A stretch of 64,000 nucleotides of DNA from an uncultured Acidobacteriota bacterium (GTDB taxonomy: Bacteria; Acidobacteriota; Terriglobia; Terriglobales; Acidobacteriaceae): contig CAWDNO010000005.1 of assembly GCA_963803665.1 (NCBI GenBank), positions 187,204-251,203 of the forward strand. Reading direction: 5' to 3'. Below are positions 53,650 through 60,925 of this stretch, piece by piece. Each line of letters opens with the position of its first letter. The first letter of the stretch is position 1. Position numbers and translations under genes: made by a program. Under the pieces are notes generated by a model. That model searched no databases. It saw nothing but the letters and a program-made list of their open reading frames with translations, and was not told the origin of the DNA.

Positions 53650-54310
53650 TCATAGCTTCGCCCTCTCAGTCACAAATGTGACTTCTAGGCCTTGGGACTA
53701 AATCCAAACGAGGGGAGGATCGACTTCAGGGTCGTGGGGGTCGCACTTCACAACTTCGCGTCAAACAGCGTTAAAAGATCCTTGTGGCCGGGCAAAGGGG
53801 GGATGGGAACTAAGTTCTGTACCCGAAGTGAACGTAGGCTATAGCCCTATGCAGGTGGCTGCAAGAGGTACCCGCGCTCCGTGGCGAAAGTCTCCTGGGA
53901 AATGGGGTAGCGGTTCCCGGTGGAAACAGACGATGCGCTTAGAGAAGGTTTTCTCATGAATCGGAGAGGTTCGGCCCGATTCGTCAAGCATTGCGTTCGG
54001 CGCTTCCCATCTCGGTCCGAAACTGCTAGCGACATTCGTATGATTTCAAAGGAAATAGCGGGTTTATTTAAATCGACCACGGCGGGAACGGCGGGATACA
54101 ACCCTCGCAAAACCCGATGTAGCGTCATTGGCAACCCATTGCAAAACTTTGCGATATTTTGCTTGCTCCCGCGTGAGTCATAGGGTAACCTATCATTGCG
54201 TTTTGCTGGCGTTCATCGGGTTTCTGGCGTCCTCTAGCAATGCGCTCGCCTTGTTCATACCTTCCCCAGATAGAACAAGTTCGCTTCCCCCGTGGGCGGT
54301 TTCCCGCGCC

Positions 54311-54326
54311 TGGCACGCTGGTCGCA
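54311..54326 (+). promoter_or_regulatory. Candidate sigma-54 (-24/-12) promoter
   Basis: TGGCACgctggTCGCA has a perfect -24 element, correct GG-N10-GC spacing and one mismatch in the -12 element (TTGCA consensus). It lies 14-29 nt upstream of the possible starts of the LuxR gene. Confidence 0.35.
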
Positions 54327-54339
54327 TTCGGTCGAACTT

Positions 54340-55392
54340 ATGGAGACGGAACCTTTGGGGCAAAAGAGCATTCGAGTTCTGATTGCAGACAGTTCTCAGA
54401 TTCACACTCAGTTGCTCGCGGACGCGCTCAAACGAGAGCCGGGACTGGATGTCTTTTGCGCGGACTGCGATTCTAAGGCTCTGGTAGCAACCGCTGCAGA
54501 ACAAAGAGCCGACGTTGTCGTGATCAATTCCCATCTTGACGAGGAACCGCTTCGCGGGTTTGAGGTTTTGCGTGAACTGCGAGCGTTACACCCTCACATC
54601 CGCGGCGTAATGCTGTTGGATTCGTCAAAGCCTGAGATTGTCCTACACGCCTTTCGCGTTGGCGCGAGAGGGATTTTCAGCAGACATGACGCCATCGAAT
54701 CGCTTTGCAAGTGCCTTCGGAGTGTCTACGCCGGCCAGATTTGGGCCAGTAGCCAGGAGATGTCGATGGCTGTGGAAGCCCTGGCATCATCGCCATTGGT
54801 CCGCGCAGTCGATGCTAATGGCTTGGAGTTACTCTCCAAGCGGGAGATGGAGGTAGTTCGCTGTCTGGCCGAGGGACTCACCAACCGTGAAATCGCACAG
54901 CGCCTTGGGCTCAGTCAGCACACTATCAAGAATTACCTGTTTCGCGTGTTCGATAAGTTGGGAGTCGCCAATCGGGTCGAGTTATTATTTATGACTCTGA
55001 CTCAGGCCAACCCTGCACAATCCCTGACCTCATGTCTGTTGACGAACCCCGCTCATGACAATGGAGCGACCTTGGCCGTCTGTCAAAAAGCCGCAGAGCA
55101 GGGACTGGCGCCCGCACAACTGGTATTAGCTGAGACCTATTCCGCTCGATATTCTGGATCGAGCGATCGGGTGGAAGCCTACATGTGGTACTTAATCGTC
55201 GGCGAACAGATAACCCGAGCCAAACACCAGGTCAGCGAGAGCATGTCGATGGAGCAATTGCTCGAGGCCGAACACCGAGCAGCCGAGTGGATGAAAAACA
55301 GAAAAAAGCCAACATCTTCAGCCGAACGTCTGCAGGAGTACCGTCCCAAAAGGGAGAAGGACGCATCCAGCCGCCTGATGTTGAAGTTGTGA
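54340..55392 (+). CDS. LuxR/NarL-type regulator with a phospho-acceptor-less receiver domain and a C-terminal Sel1-like repeat extension
   Basis: REC-like IRVLIADSS...ADVVVINSHLD (N at 54526-54528 where Asp is expected). HTH: LSKREMEVVRCLAEGLTNREIAQRLGLSQHTIKNYLFRVFDKLGV. Tail: AAEQGLAPAQLVLAETY..VEAYMWYL. Start is the ATG at 54340 or the TTG at 54355. Confidence 0.8.
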   Translation: METEPLGQKSIRVLIADSSQIHTQLLADALKREPGLDVFCADCDSKALVATAAEQRADVVVINSHLDEEPLRGFEVLRELRALHPHIRGVMLLDSSKPEIVLHAFRVGARGIFSRHDAIESLCKCLRSVYAGQIWASSQEMSMAVEALASSPLVRAVDANGLELLSKREMEVVRCLAEGLTNREIAQRLGLSQHTIKNYLFRVFDKLGVANRVELLFMTLTQANPAQSLTSCLLTNPAHDNGATLAVCQKAAEQGLAPAQLVLAETYSARYSGSSDRVEAYMWYLIVGEQITRAKHQVSESMSMEQLLEAEHRAAEWMKNRKKPTSSAERLQEYRPKREKDASSRLMLKL

Positions 55393-55532
55393 CACCACAG
55401 ATTGCGCCATAAGTAGCTCAGCCCCGCTACTAACCACGCCCCATTGGAAACCAGCCGGTCCGGCTTGTCGTCAGTGATGCACCGGTAGGCCCATGGTGCT
55501 TCGGCCGGCTCCATGTCAGAATCAATTCCCTT

Positions 55533-55781
55533 ATGAGAACTGTAAATATTAGCGATCTGAAGGCGCAGCTCAGCGCCCATATTCAGCTTGTCCGGGACGG
55601 CGAGGAGGTGCTGGTGTGCGACCGCAACAAGCCCGTGGCGCGAATCGTTCCCTGGCGTCTTGACGGCCACTCCGAGCAGGAGCAGCGGTTGGTCGCCCGG
55701 GGCGTTCTCACGCCTCCGCTGAAGAAACGGGCTGCAAATCGGCAGGACGACGCCCATGTGACAATTACGACTATGGTATAA
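55533..55781 (+). CDS. Phd/YefM-family type II antitoxin (no adjacent toxin)
   Basis: 82 aa. MRTVNISDLKAQLSAHIQLVRDGEEVLVCDRNKPVARIVP. Confidence 0.7.
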   Translation: MRTVNISDLKAQLSAHIQLVRDGEEVLVCDRNKPVARIVPWRLDGHSEQEQRLVARGVLTPPLKKRAANRQDDAHVTITTMV

Positions 55782-55805
55782 TGACTATGGTTTCATGAGG
55801 TCGGA

Positions 55806-56039
55806 ATGAGGAAAATGGCGGCAGGTTCGTTTAAAATACATTGCCTGGCTGTGATGGACGAGGTTCAGGCGAAGCGGGAAGCCGTAGTGATCACGAAACA
55901 CGGCAAGCCGGTGGCGAAACTCGTCCCGGCCGATAAAAACACAGACGACATCTACAATTTCTTGCGGGGAAAGGGCACTATTTTGGGTGATATCGTTTCC
56001 CCCGCAATTTCGGACAAGGAGTGGGGAGAACTCAGGTGA
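55806..56039 (+). CDS. Phd/YefM-family type II antitoxin
   Basis: 77 aa. FKIHCLAVMDEVQAKREAVVITKHGKPVAKLVP. Its stop overlaps the start region of the PIN gene. Confidence 0.75.
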   Translation: MRKMAAGSFKIHCLAVMDEVQAKREAVVITKHGKPVAKLVPADKNTDDIYNFLRGKGTILGDIVSPAISDKEWGELR

Positions 56040-56428
56040 TTCTCCTCGACACCCATGTTGTCGTCTGGCTGGCGCTTGACCAAACTCACCTTTCCAAAAA
56101 CGCAAGAGCGGCCATCAACGACGCGAGAGAGAACGGCGACGGATTGGCCATTTCCGACATCACTCTCCTGGAATTGGCGACGCTTTCAAATAAAGGGCGC
56201 ATCCGCCTCGAGATCAGTCTCGAATCGTTTTTGGAGGAAATCGAGGCACGGTTCATTATCCTACCGATCAGCGGCCGCGCGTGTGCGCGTGCCCTCGCTC
56301 TTCCTGCGACTTACCCTAAGGATCCAGCAGATCGCATTATTGGAGCCACCGCCCTAGTCGAGGGAATGTCTCTACTTACTGCGGACCGAGAAATCCGACG
56401 GTCGCGGGCGCTCCACACGATCTGGTGA
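56021..56428 (+). CDS. vapC: PIN-domain toxin, VapC family
   Basis: ILLDTHVVVW..ISDITLLELA..DPADRIIGATA..LLTADREI. The start is the ATG at 56021 or the GTG at 56036 (GTGA overlap with the antitoxin stop). Confidence 0.8.
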   Translation: MGRTQVILLDTHVVVWLALDQTHLSKNARAAINDARENGDGLAISDITLLELATLSNKGRIRLEISLESFLEEIEARFIILPISGRACARALALPATYPKDPADRIIGATALVEGMSLLTADREIRRSRALHTIW

Positions 56429-56483
56429 GAGTCTCCGATGAGGTCAGAAGAACGGGAAAGCCTGTAACCCGGCTTTCGGCTTT

Positions 56484-56897
56484 TTGAGGTACGAGCGCAT
56501 TGATTCCTCTCTGGTCCGTCAAGGCATTACACCGCGGGCCATCGCACAGTATGAGATCTACGATGTAATCGTTTGGTGGGTAACCCCCCTCGAGATTGCA
56601 AGGGCGCTCGCTCGACTTGTAAGAATGAAACAACTAAGCTCCGGTGATTGGGCGAACGCCCGCAAGCTCGCGAAAATCCTTGCTGATTCCTGGTCCTTGA
56701 TCGAGCCGTCGAATGTGTTGCGCTCCAGGGCGGTACAATTGGTCGAGCGCTGCGACTTGCGAGCCGCCGACTCCCTTCAATTAGCAGCGGCTCTGGCTTG
56801 GTGCGAAGACGCCCTGCAAGGATGTGTCTTTCTGAGCGTCGATCAGAAGCTGAGGGAAGCGGCTCTGCTAAGCGGCTTGGATGCCACCCAGATATGA
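56484..56897 (+). CDS. PIN-domain toxin, VapC-like (TTG start, no adjacent antitoxin)
   Basis: 137 aa. Contains IDSSLV.., LRAADSLQLAAALAW and FLSVDQKLREAA. Confidence 0.6.
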   Translation: MRYERIDSSLVRQGITPRAIAQYEIYDVIVWWVTPLEIARALARLVRMKQLSSGDWANARKLAKILADSWSLIEPSNVLRSRAVQLVERCDLRAADSLQLAAALAWCEDALQGCVFLSVDQKLREAALLSGLDATQI

Positions 56898-57090
56898 TTT
56901 GTGCAGCTGCCTGCATACACGTCTGGTAAGCGCAGATCTTTGCGCGCTACCAGTCCGGCGTTGCGTAAAATTCGGTCCCTAATCTCTCATTTATTCACGA
57001 ACGCAAGAGAATAAGGCTGCGGTGGGCACACCTTGAAACTCCACGGATCCGAAAGTTAGCTGTTCCGAATCTCGGATCCAGAGACTCTTC

Positions 57091-57318
57091 TCAACTATCA
57101 CGGAACACGAAGAACCCGACCCCGAATCCAATGATTGCGAGCACCCAGAAAGCAGGCGAATGCAGCACGTAAGACTGGCTGCTTGCTATTGGAACCAAGC
57201 CAGTTGTGCCTTGTTCTTCCGCGAGGGACGTGGCCTTCGAGTGCACCCAAGCCAGGAAGCAAAGATAGGTGAGTGCGGAAGCGCAAAGTCCAGCCAAAAT
57301 GGGTTTCAGGTAGAGCAT
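57091..57318 (-). CDS. Small two-TM membrane protein, hypothetical
   Basis: 75 aa. Two clear hydrophobic helices (ILAGLCASALTYLCFLAWV; FWVLAIIGFGVGFFVF). Confidence 0.4.
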   Translation of the reverse strand: MLYLKPILAGLCASALTYLCFLAWVHSKATSLAEEQGTTGLVPIASSQSYVLHSPAFWVLAIIGFGVGFFVFRDS

Positions 57319-57352
57319 GCACGGATTGTACGCCGAGGTCTGCGCGTCAGAC

Positions 57353-57637
57353 TCAGCGCTTCCGTTCTGTTATACCCACATTTCCGGTAGGGGAACCAGT
57401 TCTCCCCTTGCGGCGACGCGGCAGGCGCTCGAGATCCTGGTATTCTTGCGGATCTTCCACGAGCGCCTCGAAATCTGTGATCTGTCGAATGAATAAGCCG
57501 TGTTTGAGGGCGTTCTTCCGAATGTAGGCCTTGCCGCGGGATGTCCTGACAGGGTCGTACGCCTGAAAGACCGATTCTTGAACTTCGTCAAAGGTGAATC
57601 TGATCAACGACTGCCCAAGAGCGGTTTGCAAATACAC
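57353..57637 (-). CDS. Hypothetical protein
   Basis: 94 aa. Contains RKNALKHGLF, a motif I recall from many short hypothetical proteins. No assignable function. Confidence 0.3.
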   Translation of the reverse strand: MYLQTALGQSLIRFTFDEVQESVFQAYDPVRTSRGKAYIRKNALKHGLFIRQITDFEALVEDPQEYQDLERLPRRRKGRTGSPTGNVGITERKR

Positions 57638-57748
57638 GCCAAAGAATGTGCGTCATTTCCGGCGATATCCGACGTCGCGTCGTAGCCGGACCTTGTTCCG
57701 TTATAGCCGGCGGTCGATGAGGATTGAATTTCGTTGGCTAAAGACTTA

Positions 57749-57786
57749 CGGTAGTGGGTCAGTCTGCTCAGACTGACCCACTACCG
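57749..57786. repeat. Perfect 18-bp inverted repeat with a 2-nt centre
   Basis: cggtagtgggtcagtctg-ct-cagactgacccactaccg. Intergenic, 68 nt upstream of the LuxR gene at 57855. Confidence 0.9.
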
Positions 57787-57854
57787 ACTTGACTTAGAGC
57801 TGGAGTAATAGGATGCTTTGTCATTAATTTGGACCGTCCCAGATCGGGAGATCA

Positions 57855-58538
57855 ATGGACCCAACCCACAATACAGAAGCCAACAAGAAAACTATTAGTG
57901 TCTTGGTAGCTGACAGCACGCCTTTGAGCGGCCATTTGATCGCTGAGGCGCTGCGACGTGATCGGGGGTTGACCGTCAACGACGCAAGCGGGAGGTCCAT
58001 TCTTGCCGAAGCTCTCAAGCTACTACCTGACATCGCGATATTAAGTGAAAATTTGGAGGGTGGTGCTGGTCGGGGCTTGGTTTTGCTGAAGGAATTGCGG
58101 GTTGCTACTCCCGAGACTCGCACGATCATGCTGCTTGATGGTAATGAGCGTAATTCGGTGGTGGAAAGCTTCCGCCGCGGAGCCCGGGGAGTTTTCAGCC
58201 GTAACGATTCGCTCAAAATGCTTGGCAAGTGCGTTCGGCGAGTGTCTGAGGGTCAACTTTGGGTCAGCAGTTCCCAGTTTCAGTTCCTGCTGGAAGCATT
58301 GTCGGATGCTCCGGTCACACGACTGGTGGACACGAAGGGGGATAACCTACTCTCCAAGCGGGAAGAAGATGTGGTTCGCTGGCTCGCCGAGGGGCTTACT
58401 AATAGCGAAATCGCGCGTGAACTAGACATTAGCGAGAATACGGTGAAGAATTACGTATTCCGTATCTTCAATAAGCTCGGAGTATCCAGTCGCGTCGAGG
58501 TGGTGATCTACGCTTCGAGTCAAAGACCGCAAACGTAA
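57855..58538 (+). CDS. LuxR/NarL-type regulator with a phospho-acceptor-less receiver domain
   Basis: ISVLVADST...PDIAILSENLEGG (S where Asp is expected). HTH: LSKREEDVVRWLAEGLTNSEIARELDISENTVKNYVFRIFNKLGV. GGGAG lies upstream of the ATG. Confidence 0.85.
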   Translation: MDPTHNTEANKKTISVLVADSTPLSGHLIAEALRRDRGLTVNDASGRSILAEALKLLPDIAILSENLEGGAGRGLVLLKELRVATPETRTIMLLDGNERNSVVESFRRGARGVFSRNDSLKMLGKCVRRVSEGQLWVSSSQFQFLLEALSDAPVTRLVDTKGDNLLSKREEDVVRWLAEGLTNSEIARELDISENTVKNYVFRIFNKLGVSSRVEVVIYASSQRPQT

Positions 58539-58720
58539 ATGGATGGTCGCGTCAACGGTGTGAACAACGTGCAGCTTAACGCTGTTAGGTGATGGTGCGC
58601 CATTATTCTTTCACGCCTTGGATGACTCATACCGTCCAACTAGATTTTCAATCGATTGTCACACAAGGAACGGAACTCAAATTGCTATACATCTCCTATT
58701 AACCTTCCACAAATGAAATT

Positions 58721-59146
58721 GTGAATTCTGTCTTGTGGCCCATGGAGAATAGAGCAGCTGTTCGTTTTCAGTTACAAGCTCCCGTGATTATTAGATGGAC
58801 CGACCGGGTTGGGGTGCGGCGCGAAGACATTGGTCGCACTCGTAATATCAGTGTTTCAGGGGCCTTCCTCACCAGCCGGGCCAAAATTTCTGTTGGAACA
58901 AAAGTCAACCTCGAGATACATCTTCCGACGTTAGAAAGAAACGCGGTTCAGCGAGTGCAGTTAAAATCTACCGGGAAAGTAATTCGCGTAGCAGAGATGG
59001 CTCTAGAATCCGGGTTTGCCGTGGGTGGGCACTTCACTCTGCATGACAAACCGAACGAAGCGCTTCGCGTCGTACCTAACGCACAGCCTCCGATTGCGAA
59101 ACGCAGAATGAGGCGGAATCAAAAGAACACGCCACGAGTTTTCTAA
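58721..59146 (+). CDS. PilZ-domain protein (candidate c-di-GMP receptor)
   Basis: RAAVR (RxxxR) followed about 25 residues later by NISVSG ((D/N)xSxxG). The start is the GTG at 58721 or the ATG at 58742. Confidence 0.7.
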   Translation: MNSVLWPMENRAAVRFQLQAPVIIRWTDRVGVRREDIGRTRNISVSGAFLTSRAKISVGTKVNLEIHLPTLERNAVQRVQLKSTGKVIRVAEMALESGFAVGGHFTLHDKPNEALRVVPNAQPPIAKRRMRRNQKNTPRVF

Positions 59147-59168
59147 GACCTCAGCTCGCTTTCGCTTG

Positions 59169-59882
59169 CTAAGCTCCCAGCTCCTCTTCCTCTAATCGAA
59201 CAACGCAATCCTGCACGGCTACCGGGCGTTTGGCCTGACTCAACATGTATAGCACCAGTTCAATACGCGAGGAGAAACCAAGTTTCTCGAATATGCGAAA
59301 TAAGTAGTTCTTAACCGTGTTCGGGCTTAAGCCAAGCTTCACCGATATCTCCCGGTTGGATAAACCAGAAGCTACTAGACGGGCGACTTGCTCTTCACGT
59401 TTGCTCAAGACCGTGGCTACGCCGGGTCTGGTCATATTCGGTGCGGGCGCCTGCATCAACGCTTGAACGACGTATTCCGCATGAGAGTTAGTTACCCAGA
59501 CCTGGCCCTCATGAACGCGCTGCGTACACTTGCGCAGCTCCAGAAAAGATCCGGTGCGACAGAAAACGCCGCGCGCGCCGTTGCGAAATGCTTCGACAAC
59601 TAGTTCGGCATTATTGTTGTCGAGCATCATGACCACACGGCAGTGCGATTGCAAGACACGTAACCTACGCAGTGCTATTAAGCCGGCCAGAGGGCCGTCT
59701 TTCAGTCGCATATTGATAATGGCTATATCCGGCTGGCGGTCGCAGATGGCTGAGGCGGCTTCGGACGCGCTGGTCACGCAATCGAGTACCTGAAACCGGC
59801 TGTGGCGCTGCATCGCCTGTGCCAGCAGCTGGCAATCCATCTTGCTTTCGTCTGCGAGAAGAACTGTCAATTCTGCGCGCAT
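59169..59882 (-). CDS. LuxR/NarL-type regulator with a phospho-acceptor-less receiver domain
   Basis: The start is placed at MRAELTVLLADES (ATG 59882). PDIAIINMRLKDG has N where Asp is expected. HTH: LSKREEQVARLVASGLSNREISVKLGLSPNTVKNYLFRIFEKLGF. Confidence 0.85.
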   Translation of the reverse strand: MRAELTVLLADESKMDCQLLAQAMQRHSRFQVLDCVTSASEAASAICDRQPDIAIINMRLKDGPLAGLIALRRLRVLQSHCRVVMMLDNNNAELVVEAFRNGARGVFCRTGSFLELRKCTQRVHEGQVWVTNSHAEYVVQALMQAPAPNMTRPGVATVLSKREEQVARLVASGLSNREISVKLGLSPNTVKNYLFRIFEKLGFSSRIELVLYMLSQAKRPVAVQDCVVRLEEEELGA

Positions 59883-60285
59883 GCGGACACAACACTCCAC
59901 AACAAAAAATTTGGCGTCGAGGGAATACTTCGGGGGAGGTGCTAAAGGCAGCGATTCTAGACCCTCAACCAATGCTTGTCAAATATTTGATTTATTTACC
60001 GATAGCTCCTTTTGGCGGGTCCATACTCACTAGGTAAGAAAGGGCTGCAGCGTGCCCCGTAGTTACTCTTTAGGACTACGGTACTGTAGGTATTGCATTC
60101 TTAGGAGTTTATGAATCTTGAAGAGATTTGCGATGTTGCCTAGTCTTTGGCACATTGCATGATCGTTCAGGGTTCTGTTCCCATACGGAAACCTTGCTTC
60201 CCCCGCAAGGATGGACCTGACGACGATTTAAACTCCAGTGAATGCATAGGGTACAGGAGTCCAATGTGACTCGGAGGCAGGACGT

Positions 60286-60849
60286 GTGAGCTGTATCAAC
60301 CAGTTAATAGAATCGCAAGCCGGACAGGGATGGATTGCGGCGAACGCTGACGCTCGACCACAGTGGTATGCCATTCACACCAGGTCGCAGCATGAGAAGG
60401 CGGTTGTATCTCATCTGAAAAGAGAGGGAATCGAAACTTTTCTCCCTTTGGTTGCAGAAATTCATCGCTGGAGCGATCGGTGCAAGGTTGTCGAAGTTCC
60501 CTTGTTTTCTTGCTACGCTTTTGTCAATTTGTGCCTAGTGCCTGAGATGTGGGCCAAGGTAACACGCGTCAACGGTGTACTTCGCTTCGTCGGCGTTCGC
60601 GGCGAAGGCATTCCTATTCCTGACAGTCAAGTTGAAAGCGTCCGAAAACTGCTGTCGAACAAACTGCCGTACACAACCTATCCATTCCTGAAAGTGGGTC
60701 AACGGGTACGGGTGCGGGGTGGCGCTCTCGATGGAGTGGAGGGCATTCTCCTGGCTCGCAACGGCAATCGAACGCTTGTGATTTCAGTGGAACCGATTCA
60801 ACGCTCCGTCGCAGTCAGTATTGACGGTTATCAAATCCAACCCATCTAG
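60286..60849 (+). CDS. NusG/RfaH-paralog transcription antiterminator (UpxY-like), intact
   Basis: 187 aa. WYAIHTRSQHEKAVVSHLKREGIETFLPLVAEIHRWSDRCKVVEVPLFSCYAFV. KOW-like GQRVRVRGGALDGVEGILL. GGAGG lies 8 nt upstream of the GTG. Confidence 0.85.
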   Translation: MSCINQLIESQAGQGWIAANADARPQWYAIHTRSQHEKAVVSHLKREGIETFLPLVAEIHRWSDRCKVVEVPLFSCYAFVNLCLVPEMWAKVTRVNGVLRFVGVRGEGIPIPDSQVESVRKLLSNKLPYTTYPFLKVGQRVRVRGGALDGVEGILLARNGNRTLVISVEPIQRSVAVSIDGYQIQPI

Positions 60850-60925
60850 ACAGTTTGTCCTCTCCCATTCTTTCGGCAAGGCCTGCTTTGCTCCAATCGA
60901 AACGGATTTCCCCGAGGTTAGAGTC

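Noticed and set aside
54129-54143. TTGGCAAcccaTTGCA in the long intergenic region looked like a sigma-54 promoter.
   Set aside because: The GG-to-GC spacing is 9 nt, one short, and the -24 element has A for C. It is kept only as a note because this assembly is indel-prone elsewhere.
53847-54183. ORFs of 87-95 aa on both strands in the 690-nt gap between the NusG-like and LuxR genes.
   Set aside because: They have no motifs or RBS and they overlap each other. The region is treated as non-coding leader/promoter DNA.
60148-60159. TGGCAC...TTGCA upstream of the intact NusG-like gene looked like a sigma-54 promoter.
   Set aside because: GG and GC are separated by only 6 nt instead of 10. Sigma-54 spacing is strict.
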